Of a stretch of DNA of 32,872 nt, positions 11,801 to 23,636 are shown piece by piece. The translations under genes and the position numbers were made by a program. The DNA lies in contig JAUCBJ010003523.1 in the NCBI GenBank assembly GCA_032718475.1, positions 1-32,872 of the forward strand. The letters are read 5' to 3'. Under the pieces are notes generated by a model. It did no database searches. It was not told the DNA's origin and was given only the letters and a program-made list of their open reading frames with translations. This DNA comes from Nemertoderma westbladi (Eukaryota; Animalia; Xenacoelomorpha). How positions within the stretch are numbered: position 1 is the stretch's first letter; every line of letters begins with the position of its first letter.

Positions 11801-14800
11801 GGGATGGTGATTGATCTACCTAGAGAGAGAGGGATGGTGATTGATCTACCTAGAGAGAGAGATGGATGGTGATTGATCTACCTCGAGAGAGATGGATGGT
11901 GATTGATCTACCTAGAGAGAGAGGGATGGTGATTGATCTACCTAGAGAGAGAGGGATGGTGATTGATCTACCTAGAGAGAGAGAGGGATGGTGATTGGTC
12001 TACCTCGAGAGAGAGGGATGGTGATTGATCTACCTAGAGAGAGAGAGGGATGGTGATTGATCTACCTAGAGAGAGAGGGATGGTGATTGATCTACCTAGA
12101 GAGAGAGGGATGGTGATTGATCTACCTGAGAGAGAGAGGGATGGTGATTGATCTACCTAGAGAGAGAGGGATGGTGATTGATCTACCTAGAGAGAGAGGG
12201 ATGGTGATTGATCTACCTAGAGAGAGAGGGATGGTGATTGATCTACCTAGAGAGAGAGGGATGGTGATTGATCTACCTAGAGAGAGAGGGATGGTGATTG
12301 ATCTACCTAGAGAGAGAGGGATGGTGATTGATCTACCTAGAGAGAGAGGGATGGTGATTGATCTACCTAGAGAGAGAGGGATGGTGATTGATCTACCTAG
12401 AGAGAGAGAGGGATGGTGATTGATCTACCTAGAGAGAGAGGGGATGGTGATTGATCTACCTAGAGAGAGAGGGATGGTGATTGATCTACCTAGAGAGAGA
12501 GGGATGGTGATTGATCTACCTAGAGAGAGAGGGATGGTGATTGATCTACCTAGAGAGAGAGGGATGGTGATTGATCTACCTAGAGAGAGAGGGATGGTGA
12601 TTGATCTACCTAGAGAGAGAGGGATGGTGATTGATCTACCTAGAGAGAGAGGGATGGTGATTGATCTACCTAGAGAGAGAGGGATGGTGATTGATCTACC
12701 TAGAGAGAGAGGGATGGTGATTGATCTACCTAGAGAGAGAGGGATGGTGATTGATCTACCTAGAGAGAGAGGGATGGTGATTGATCTACCTAGAGAGAGA
12801 GGGATGGTGATTGATCTACCTAGAGAGAGAGGGATGGTGATTGATCTACCTAGAGAGAGAGGGATGGTGATTGATCTACCTAGAGAGAGAGGGATGGTGA
12901 TTGATCTACCTAGAGAGAGAGGGATGGTGATTGATCTACCTAGAGAGAGAGGGATGGTGATTGATCTACCTAGAGAGAGAGGGATGGTGATTGATCTACC
13001 TAGAGAGAGAGGGATGGTGATTGATCTACCTAGAGAGAGAGGGATGGTGATTGATCTACCTAGAGAGAGAGGGATGGTGATTGATCTACCTAGAGAGAGA
13101 GGGATGGTGATTGATCTACCTAGAGAGAGAGGGATGGTGATTGATCTACCTAGAGAGAGAGGGATGGTGATTGATCTACCTAGAGAGAGAGGGATGGTGA
13201 TTGATCTACCTAGAGAGAGAGGGATGGTGATTGATCTACCTAGAGAGAGAGGGATGGTGATTGATCTACCTAGAGAGAGAGGGATGGTGATTGATCTACC
13301 TAGAGAGAGAGGGATGGTGATTGATCTACCTAGAGAGAGAGGGATGGTGATTGATCTACCTAGAGAGAGAGGGATGGTGATTGATCTACCTAGAGAGAGA
13401 GGGATGGTGATTGATCTACCTAGAGAGAGAGGGATGGTGATTGATCTACCTAGAGAGAGAGGGATGGTGATTGATCTACCTAGAGAGAGAGGGATGGTGA
13501 TTGATCTACCTAGAGAGAGAGGGATGGTGATTGATCTACCTAGAGAGAGAGGGATGGTGATTGATCTACCTAGAGAGAGAGGGATGGTGATTGATCTACC
13601 TAGAGAGAGAGGGATGGTGATTGATCTACCTAGAGAGAGAGGGATGGTGATTGATCTACCTAGAGAGAGAGGGATGGTGATTGATCTACCTAGAGAGAGA
13701 GGGATGGTGATTGATCTACCTAGAGAGAGAGGGATGGTGATTGATCTACCTAGAGAGAGAGGGATGGTGATTGATCTACCTAGAGAGAGAGGGATGGTGA
13801 TTGATCTACCTAGAGAGAGAGGGATGGTGATTGATCTACCTAGAGAGAGAGGGATGGTGATTGATCTACCTAGAGAGAGAGGGATGGTGATTGATCTACC
13901 TAGAGAGAGAGGGATGGTGATTGATCTACCTAGAGAGAGAGGGATGGTGATTGATCTACCTAGAGAGAGAGGGATGGTGATTGATCTACCTAGAGAGAGA
14001 GGGATGGTGATTGATCTACCTAGAGAGAGAGGGATGGTGATTGATCTACCTAGAGAGAGAGGGATGGTGATTGATCTACCTAGAGAGAGAGGGATGGTGA
14101 TTGATCTACCTAGAGAGAGAGGGATGGTGATTGATCTACCTAGAGAGAGAGGGATGGTGATTGATCTACCTAGAGAGAGAGGGATGGTGATTGATCTACC
14201 TAGAGAGAGAGGGATGGTGATTGATCTACCTAGAGAGAGAGGGATGGTGATTGATCTACCTAGAGAGAGAGGGATGGTGATTGATCTACCTAGAGAGAGA
14301 GGGATGGTGATTGATCTACCTAGAGAGAGAGGGATGGTGATTGATCTACCTAGAGAGAGAGGGATGGTGATTGATCTACCTAGAGAGAGAGGGATGGTGA
14401 TTGATCTACCTAGAGAGAGAGGGATGGTGATTGATCTACCTAGAGAGAGAGGGATGGTGATTGATCTACCTAGAGAGAGAGGGATGGTGATTGATCTACC
14501 TAGAGAGAGAGGGATGGTGATTGATCTACCTAGAGAGAGAGGGATGGTGATTGATCTACCTAGAGAGAGAGGGATGGTGATTGATCTACCTAGAGAGAGA
14601 GGGATGGTGATTGATCTACCTAGAGAGAGAGGGATGGTGATTGATCTACCTAGAGAGAGAGGGATGGTGATTGATCTACCTAGAGAGAGAGGGATGGTGA
14701 TTGATCTACCTAGAGAGAGAGGGATGGTGATTGATCTACCTCGAGAGAGAGGGATGGTGATTGATCTACCTAGAGAGAGAGGGATGGTGATTGATCTACC

Positions 14801-17800
14801 TAGAGAGAGAGGGATGGTGATTGATCTACCTAGAGAGAGAGGGATGGTGATTGATCTACCTAGAGAGAGAGGGATGGTGATTGATCTACCTAGAGAGAGA
14901 GGGATGGTGATTGATCTACCTAGAGAGAGAGGGATGGTGATTGATCTACCTAGAGAGAGATGGATGGTGATTGATCTGCCTAGAGAGAGAGGGATGGTGA
15001 TTGATCTACCTAGAGAGAGAGGGATGGTGATTGATCTACCTAGAGAGAGAGGGATGGTGATTGATCTACCTAGAGAGAGAGGGATGGTGATTGATCTACC
15101 TAGAGAGAGATGGATGGTGATTGATCTACCTAGAGAGAGAGGGATGGTGATTGATCTACCTAGAGAGAGAGGGATGGTGATTGATCTACCTAGAGAGAGA
15201 GGGATGGTGATTGATCTACCTAGAGAGAGAGGGATGGTGATTGATCTACCTAGAGAGAGAGGGATGGTGATTGATCTACCTAGAGAGAGAGGGATGGTGA
15301 TTGATCTACCTAGAGAGAGAGGGATGGTGATTGATCTACCTAGAGAGAGAGGGATGGTGATTGATCTACCTCGAGAGAGAGGGATGGTGATTGATCTACC
15401 TAGAGAGAGAGAGGATGGTGATTGATCTACCTAGAGAGAGAGGGATGGTGATTGATCTACCTAGAGAGAGGGGGATGGTGATTGATCTACCTAGAGAGAG
15501 AGGGATGGTGATTGATCTACCTAGAGAGAGAGAGGGATTGTGATTGATCTACCTAGAGAGAGAGGGATGGTGATTGATCTACCTAGAGAGAGGGGGATGG
15601 TGATTGATCTACCTAGAGAGAGAGGGATGGTAATTGATCTACCTAGAGAGAGAGGGATGGTGATTGATCTACCTAGAGAGAGAGGGATGGTGATTGATCT
15701 ACCTAGAGAGAGAGAGAGAGGATGGTGATTGATCTACCTAGAAAGAGAGGGATGGTGATTGATCTACCTAGAGAGAGAGGGATGGTGATTGATCTACCTA
15801 GAGAGAGAGGGATGGTGATTGATCTACCTAGAGAGAGAGGGATGGTGATTGATCTACCTAGAGAGAGAGGGATGGTGATTGATCTACCTAGAGAGAGAGG
15901 GATGGTGATTGATCTACCTAGAGAGAGAGGGATGGTGATTGATCTACCTAGAGAGAGAGGGATGGTGATTGATCTACCTAGAGAGAGAGAGGGATGGTGA
16001 TTGATCTACCTAGAGAGAGAGGGATGGTGATTGATCTACCTAGAGAGAGAGGGATGGTGATTGATCTACCTAGAGAGAGAGGGATGGTGATTGATCTACC
16101 TAGAGAGAGGGGGATGGTGATTGATCTACCTAGAGAGAGAGGGATGGTGATTGATCTACCTAGAGAGAGAGGGATGGTGATTGATCTACCTAGAGAGAGA
16201 GGGATGGTGATTGATCTACCTAGAGAGAGAGGGATGGTGATTGATCTACCTAGAGAGAGATGGATGGTGATTGATCTACCTAGAGAAAGAGGGATGGTGA
16301 TTGATCTACCTAGAGAGAGAGGGATGGTGATTGATCTACCTAGAGAGAGAGGGATGGTGATTGATCTACCTAGAGAGAGAGGGATGGTGATTGATCTACC
16401 TAGAGAGAGAGGGATGGTGATTGATCTACCTCGAGAGAGAGGGATGGTGATTGATCTACCTAGAGAGAGATGGATGGTGATTGATCTACCTAGAGAGAGA
16501 GGGATGGTGATTGATCTACCTAGAGAGAGAGATGGATGGTGATTGATCTACCTAGAGAGAGAGGGATGGTGATTGATCTACCTAGAGAGAGGGGGATGGT
16601 GATTGATCTACCTAGAGAGAGAGGGATGGTGATTGATCTACCTAGAGAGAGAGGGATGGTGATTGATCTACCTAGAGAGAGAGGGATGGTAATTGATCTA
16701 CCTAGAGAGAGAGAGGGATTGTGATTGATCTACCTAGAGAGAGAGGGATGGTGATTGATCTACCTAGAGAGAGGGGGATGGTGATTGATCTACCTAGAGA
16801 GAGAGAGGGATTGTGATTGATCTACCTAGAGAGAGAGGGATGGTGATTGATCTACCTAGAGAGAGAGGGATGGTGATTGATCTACCTAGAGAGAGAGGGA
16901 TGGTAATTGATCTACCTAGAGAGAGAGAGGGATTGTGATTGATCTACCTAGAGAGAGAGGGATGGTGATTGATCTACCTAGAGAGAGAGGGATGGTAATT
17001 GATCTACCTAGAGAGAGAGAGGGATTGTGATTGATCTACCTAGAGAGAGAGGGATGGTGATTGATCTACCTAGAGAGAGAGGGATGGTAATTGATCTACC
17101 TAGAGAGAGAGAGGGATTGTGATTGATCTACCTAGAGAGAGAGGGATGGTGATTGATCTACCTAGAGAGAGAGGGATGGTGATTGATCTACCTAGAGAGA
17201 GAGGGATGGTGATTGATCTACCTAGAGAGAGAGGGATGGTAATTGATCTACCTAGAGAGAGAGGGATGGTAATTGATCTACCTAGAGAGAGATGGATGGT
17301 GATTGATCTACCTAGAGAGAGAGGGATGGTGATTGATCTACCTAGAGAGAGAGGGATGGTGATTGATCTACCTAGAGAAAGAGGGATGGTGATTGATCTA
17401 CCTCAGAGAGAGGGATGGTGATTGATCTACCTAGAGAGAGAGGGATGGTGATTGATCTACCTAGAGAAAGAGGGATGGTGATTGATCTACCTCAGAGAGA
17501 GGGATGGTGATTGATCTACCTAGAGAGAGAGGGATGGTGATTGATCTACCTAGAGAGAGAGGGATGGTGATTGATCTACCTAGAGAGAGAGGGATGGTGA
17601 TTGATCTACCTAGAGAGAGAGGGATGGTAATTGATCTACCTAGAGAGAGAGGGATGGTGATTGATCTACCTAGAGAGAGAGGGATGGTGATTGATCTACC
17701 TAGAGAGAGAGGGATGGTGATTGATCTACCTAGAGAGAGAGGGATGGTGATTGATCTACCTAGAGAGAGAGGGATGGTGATTGGTCTACCTCGAGAGAGA

Positions 17801-17940
17801 GATGGATGGTGATTGATCTACCTAAAGAGAGAGAGGGATGGTGATTGATCTATCCTGACCAATCAGGTCAGGATAGGTATAGTTTCCAATTGGTTCTGCT
17901 TGCCAATAAATTTGGTTCTCACCCACTTTTTCAGATTTTT

Positions 17941-18314
17941 TGTTATATTCCCTATTGTAAGATAACACAATTATCTAAATTCTTTAGCAAGTGTTATCTA
18001 TCCCTTGGGTGGGATAACGCATCTGACTTTCATCTGACAGTTGACAGATTAATATTTTATAATTTTATTATACAGTATCTACTTAAAAATTTGGTAATAA
18101 TAAACTTAGAATCTGTGGTTTGTAGACTGTGACTGATTGGTCTTTGAGTCTAGCAGAGCCGAGTTGAGTTGAAGAGCAGTTAGCAGAAGATGGTAGATTC
18201 GTGAAGCTCAACTCGTCATAATAGTAATAAATAAAAATAGTCGCCTACTTCTCCATCTCGATCTCCAACTCCCAGTTTCGTTGTTTATCAGTATTTTTTT
18301 TTACCTATATAACA
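17941..18314 (+). mobile_element. Possible solo LTR (374 bp)
   Basis: Begins TGTTATAT and ends ATATAACA (8-bp inverted termini, TG...CA), with internal AATAAA near 18226. No clean TSD seen. Confidence 0.4.
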
Positions 18315-18417
18315 AGAATATATTTATAAAAAAAAAAAACAATTTCAAAATGCACATTTTTTCCACCAAATAATTTACTTTTAAGACCAATAACATAACA
18401 TAACAATAATTAGATAA

Positions 18418-18864
18418 TTAACGGACACCATCCACAGAGGGGTGGAGCATGGGGATTCTACGCAACCACATTGCAGAGTTCCCGCGCCACAGGAGACAGA
18501 GAGCCATTGGAAGAGGTGGCGGATGGCTTCTCCTGTCGGGATACCTCGTCTGAGGCCTTGTAGTCTGGCAATCTCACGGATGGTGGAGGATGAGTGGGAA
18601 TCACAAGCGGGGTGAAGCCGGTTCCGGATTTCCTGCACTCATCAAAGTGAGCAGAAAGCTTGCGGTCTCTGGCGATGGATTGGGCGTGGCCAGCATCAAT
18701 AGCACCATCTACAGTTCGGGCCTGCAGGGAGGAAATCACTGTGACATCTAGGGCCATTGGACGACCGTGATGCCAATTCGGTAGAAAATTTCAGTAGGGC
18801 GGCTGCGGGAACCTGGGATGAGGCCTGGCACTTCATTCCGGGGCGCTAGGACTGCAGCTAAGAA
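18418..18864 (-). mobile_element. Decayed 3' fragment of a CRE-like (RLE-clade) non-LTR retrotransposon
   Basis: Across frameshifts it reads EVPGLIPGSRSRPTEIF / PNWHHGRPMALDVTVISSLQ...RDRKLSAHFDECRKSGTGFTPLV / AIRHLFQWLSVS / LWRGNSAMW...stop at 18420-18418. This matches the RPxD...DVTV...RK...FxPL...LWRGNA pattern of the restriction-like endonuclease C-terminus. Confidence 0.75.
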
Positions 18865-21800
18865 TACTACTACTACTACTAGGATCGGCATGCTGCATTG
18901 CAGCTGTATTTTTAAGAATGCTGTGCCAGCTAGTCGACAAAATTGCGCCGCCACAACTCCATATCACCCATGACATTTGCTAGATCTTCCGCATTTTCAA
19001 GGCCAGTGTCCTTTAAGATGCGTCTCAAGAAAGTCACGGGCTGTCCACCATGCTTATTCACTCCATGAGGCTGCCAAAGTAGAAGATTATGCACTGGCTG
19101 GTCCTCACGGCGAAAGCAATGTCCTGCAAAACGGAGGCGATTTTGTTCTTGTGTGGGGGAACCAATGAGACACCTCCAATGTTATATAGTGTCTGGTTGG
19201 AGATGTGTGCATTGTACTTGACACAATGAACCCGGCGTAGCATTCTTGTGAATGTGCCATCCAGAGATTTGGTGTCCTCAGCAGTTATAGCCCAGCATGG
19301 ACTCCCATAGAGGAGTACTGGAACTACTGCTGCTCTAAATAATCGGACCTTAAGTTTCCGATTAATTCTTGGTGACTTCCAAATCCTGGAAAGCCTATTC
19401 AAGGCTGCCCATGCCTTTCTCTTACGTATTATAAGGTCCTCACCTGACTTCCGGATCCATGATCCCAGGTAACAGAAGTCGTCCACATGCTCAAGCATAC
19501 CATCCTTTGAGCTTATGCTCATCCGATCAGAGACTTGCTGAGGACTTTCAAAGTTAACTGTCAAAATGTTGGTCTTTCTGGAGTTAATAAAAAGACCAAC
19601 ACTAGAAGCAGCATGTTCTAATGAGCTGAGGAGCCGTTGGGCTCCCTCTAGTGATTCTGAGAGTACTCCTAAGTCATCAGCAAAGTCTAGATCAGTTAGG
19701 TACTTGGCAGGATTTCCTCGACTTCTGGAGCCAGTATGTGGAGTTATCATCACCCCATCATCATTATGATTATCTAAGGACATGCGTCAACCACAATACC
19801 ACAAACAAGAATGGTGCAAGCGTGTCTCCCTGGAGGACGCCCCATAACACTTCAAATGGTTGTGTGCCACCGTCAACAGTAGACACAAATGTTGTTGAAC
19901 CATCGTATATACTGATCTGATTGCTGCAATAATTTCTTCAGGAATCCCATATAATGAAAGTATGCTGAACATACGTGAGCGAGAGACTGAATCAAAGGCT
20001 TTGAAGAAGTCAATAAAGATAACAGCCAGATGCCTGTCTTTCTTTTTTGATAACTCTTCAATTATCCTTCTAAGTGCAAAAATGGGCTTCATGGTCCCAC
20101 GACATTTACGGAACCCATTCTGATTTCCACGGAGCAGTCTCTCAATGGGATCCCTGATGCGATTTAATAGAATTCTATTGTATAGCTTTGCAGCAATCGA
20201 AATCAATGAGATTCCCCGACAAGAACCATAGAGTGTTAGGGCCGTTCTTGGGAACTGGCACCAACTTATTTGTTTTCATTTCTTGTGGGACTTCTTGTTG
20301 TTCTGTACATGTCTACTAAGATGTGATAGATGAGCTTTAAGCACTCAGATATTTTAATGACCTCAGGGGGAACACCATCTACTCCACTGGCATGATTGGT
20401 CTTAATGTTCTTTGCAGCAGCCTTCACTTCTGCAAAGGAGATATCGCCAATGGGAATATATGGGAGTTCAGACTCCGACACTTTTACTTCTATAAAGTTA
20501 TCGGGCAATTATTATTGAGGAGCTTTTCAAAGTGGGCCTTCCAACCATTGAGGCGATCGGCTGGTGATTCAGCCTTAACCTTGGTGGTTGGTTGGCTTTT
20601 CCGACCAGTAAGCAAGTTGATCGATCTCCATGCCTGGGATGATTGCCTGCTGTCGTCAGCATCATTGATGGCATCAACCTGTTGGTTTATTAGCTCCTGT
20701 AGATTAACAGAGTACTGCCTGTTCAGGGACCTAGATGCAGCCTTAACTGCATTCTTGGCCGCTATTGTCTGTTTGAGTCGGGACTCATTCTGTGCCTTAT
20801 AGAGGTCATTTCGGCACTTCTGAATTTTGTAGTTGTGACGGGATCCTGGTTGGCTCGCAGGATCCCGACTGGTTGATTGATGTTGCAGTTCCTACGCGTT
20901 GCCGCATTGCTGGATGTAGGGGAAAAAATAAAAGGCCGAAGGCCGGTTGAATGGAGTTTGATGTTATTGCTTGATGTTATTAACTTCTGATATTTACTGA
21001 TAGATGTATTACAACACAATCAGTTTAATATTACCGGCGACGGTGAAAACTGTGTAACATCTACACTAACAATATAGCCAACTGAATTAGTGAACACATG
21101 ATAACGGATATATATGGAAATATTAGGAAAAAATATTATACATCCCTAACTACATGAGTGGCCAAGCAAACCATACAAGAACCTTGTAATTGCCATCTGT
21201 GGCCCTCCCATTGGCCGGTTTATCCTACCCTTACAATTCCATGTCCCCCTGGGCCTGCCCCCCCCCCCCCCCCCTGGTGCCCCTATCCCCTAGTGAGTTG
21301 TGATTAACCACCTTCTGGCTAACATTGTTGCATATTTCTCTGATATGCATTATTGGTTGCATACTTTAACTGTTTGATAAATCAGTTCATCACCCATTTA
21401 TTGGTAGAGTATATAACACGGAATGGATCCGCTTACAGTGGTCAGTCCAGGGGGCCTTTTTCCTGTTTCACAGGTATTCAGGAACGTTTCTGCAGCTGCT
21501 AACTTAAGTGCTTCTGTGAAGGCAGTATAGCCCTCGCAGTGATCTGCTGCCTCAGAGGCAAGAACCTCATACCTGTTGCTCAGCTGTAGTGTGAAGCTGG
21601 GTCTCACACTTGGCTGTTGCAACAGACAGGACCAGTCATGCCGTGGCAAGGCAGATTTCGTTGTTCTGCTAGCATGCAGACTAAGTCTTACCTTCTTGGC
21701 CACAATAAGGCGGTGATCACTGGAGAAGGGTCGAAGTGTAAATGCATTAGTCTTGTATCGAGCCTGGATTTCCTACGAAACAGATGGTCTAATCTGGGAC

Positions 21801-21895
21801 TTGTGGCCACTGGGTCCACTATGAGTCCATGGCTTTCCAGTTCGCTTCTTGAACTGGTTTCCAGCCGAAAACAATCCATTTCCAGATTTCCACAT
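18865..21895 (-). mobile_element. RTE-type LINE, copy 2 (same family as copy 1): longer, frameshifted, split by a solo LTR
   Basis: Highly similar to 4709-5877 over 18865-20030, with a (TAG)n tail. Upstream it adds ISIAAKLYNRILLNRI...NQNGFRK, ASGVDGVPPEVIK and WKAHFEKLLN, and APE endonuclease C-terminal motifs (WTHSGPSGHKSQI/DH, SSDHRLIVAK) near 21690-21835. Indels break the frame near 19150, 19787 and 19908. Confidence 0.92.
20834..21437. mobile_element. Solo LTR (604 bp) inserted into RTE copy 2
   Basis: Termini TGTGACGGGATCC...GGATCCGCTTACA (imperfect inverted repeats, TG...CA) with 5-bp flanks GTAGT / GTGGT (TSD with one mismatch). Removing it rejoins the LINE frame as PWTDH-KIQKCRNDLYKAQ. 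Confidence 0.8.
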
Positions 21896-21948
21896 TAATA
21901 AATGTATAACGTAAGTTAAAAGGTTAATAAACAACTACAGAGTCTTAA

Positions 21949-23363
21949 CCCTATTAGCACTGGGGGGGGGGCCGAATCGGCCCCTTCCTAGTTTTTAGTT
22001 GCTGTAACTATGCAACCACATTACGTACCGGCCCAATTTTTTGTGAGAATTAGCCAAATTTAATGCCGCATCTTTTGCAAAAAACGCCGTTGCAATTGGA
22101 TTTCTACTTTTCGATGTGGGTGCCACCTCAAAATTTGGTCTCCAGCACCAAATTTTTTGAAATTTTCGAATTTTACAAAGTCATTCGTGATTTAGTAATT
22201 ATTTATGTTTGGGCTATTTTTATTTATTTTTATTGGTTTGGATCACTCTAATGTTCTATACAAGTATGTAAGTGTAGTGGTTCGCCATTTTTGGTGCACC
22301 AAAATTAGGGCGTGGCACTTCAAATTTTGAAAAATACGAGATTCGGAAAATACACTAAAGTTTTGATTTGCAAAGCATTTTTATAGGTTTTCTGGAGCGC
22401 TGAATCGATTGAAAGTAATATAGAAGCCTGAAGACTTAGTGGTTCGCCATTTTTGGTGCACCAAAATTAGGGCGTGGCACTTCAAATTTTGAAAAATACG
22501 AGATTCGGAAAATTCACTAAAGTTTTGATTTCAAATTAATTTTATAGGTTTTCTGGAGCGCTGAATCGATTGAAAGTAATATAGAAGCCTCAAATCCTTT
22601 GTGTACGTAATTTTCGGTGCACCAAAATTAGGGCGTGGCACTTCAAATTTTCAAAATTACTTTTTTCGGAAAAAACACTAAAGTTTTGATTTCAAAAAAT
22701 GGCTAACTTCTAAGTCTTCAGGCTTCTATATTACTTTCAATCGATTCAGCGGTCTGGAAAACCTATATAAATTCGTTAAAATTTCAATTTTGGTTTATTT
22801 TCCGAATCTCGTATTTTTCAAAATTTGAAGTGCCACGCCCTAATTTTGGTGCACCAAAAATGGCGAACCACTCAGTCTTCAGGCTTCTATATTACTTTCA
22901 ATCGATTCAGCGGCCCAGAAAACCCATAAAGATGCGTTGAAATAAAAAAATTAGGGGCATTTTCTGAATATCTAATTTTTCAAAATTTGAAGTGCCACGC
23001 CCACTTCTTAGGTGCACGAAAAATAGCATCCACTTCAATTTTTGGAAGTGGAATATAATCACATTCGATTCAGCGTCTTGAAAAACCTACTAAATCTAGC
23101 CAACACTGCCACACTATTAGTTTTTAGAAAACGAAAAATTTTGTAATTTTGTCCTGGGACTACTTTTATTTTTCATCAAAATTATGAGACCCTGCTTATG
23201 AAATTTTAATTTTTTAAGGTTTGGTAGTGTTCATCTATAGTTGTTTCACCAACAGCCCAAATTTTGTAGGATTTCATTGGACGACTACAAAAATATAGTG
23301 GGTGGGCCGAATCGGCCCCCCCCCAGTGGTGCTAATGGTCAAAACACCCCAGTGGTAATAGGG
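21949..23363. mobile_element. Non-autonomous piggyBac-like DNA transposon (1415 bp)
   Basis: TTAA at 21945-21948 and 23364-23367. Terminal inverted repeats CCCTATTAGCACTGGGG / CCCCAGTGGTAATAGGG (17 bp, 1 mismatch). Subterminal GGGCCGAATCGGCCC quasi-palindrome at both ends. No transposase ORF. Confidence 0.88.
22275..23090. repeat. ~162-bp internal repeats in direct then inverted orientation inside the piggyBac-like element
   Basis: GGTGCACCAAAATTAGGGCGTGGCACTTCAAATTTT starts at 22293, 22455 and 22616. Reverse-complement units lie at ~22711-22872 and ~22873-23035, with a remnant to ~23090. Confidence 0.9.
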
Positions 23364-23636
23364 TTAAAATCTTAACACAATAAAGTTTAAGAATCTGCAA
23401 TTGTGTACAATGAAGGTAAATAATCTTAAACATTGAAGGTAAACGGTCCTACAATTTTACACGATAGGTTTAAAAATGATGGATGGGTTTACATACAAAG
23501 GGTTTTAACAAGTTTAGTAATTAAAGCATAAAAACATTGGGTTGGCGGATTATAAATATTGGAAAATACAAAATAATTATCCGAGAAAAAAAACAGAAAT
23601 GGGAAAAGCAACGCGGTATAATTTTGATATTTATAT

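Larger units (their letters stand above)
980..17850. repeat. 30-bp tandem minisatellite array, ~16.9 kb, interrupted once by a LINE
   Basis: Hundreds of head-to-tail copies of AGAGAGAGAGGGATGGTGATTGATCTACCT. Variation is mostly in (AG)n length, plus recurrent variants (GATGGATGG, CCTCGAG, GAAAGAG, ATTGGTC, GGTAATT, GGGATTGTG). The core at ~12440-14740 is near-perfect. Confidence 0.99.

Noticed and set aside
996-17812. Dozens of MVIDLPRERG-repeat ORFs as protein-coding genes
   Set aside because: They are a by-product of a 30-nt unit with a stop-free frame. Frequent 2-nt AG slippages shift the frame, and there is no unique N- or C-terminal coding context.
980-17850. CRISPR array (30-bp repeats)
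   Set aside because: Units are head-to-tail without unique spacers, there are no cas genes, and the context is eukaryotic.
980-17850. Telomeric or telomere-like array with a telomere-specific retrotransposon
   Set aside because: The array is internal, with unique DNA on both sides. The unit is not a known short telomeric repeat, and the inserted LINE family also occurs outside the array.
17935-17956. Possible channel micro-exon (TTTTTCAG-IFCYIPY-GTAAGA) resembling the YIP motif at the start of M1
   Set aside because: It is only 22 nt, overlaps the TGTTATAT terminus of the candidate solo LTR, and no matching downstream M1/M2 exon was found. It cannot be supported without RNA data.
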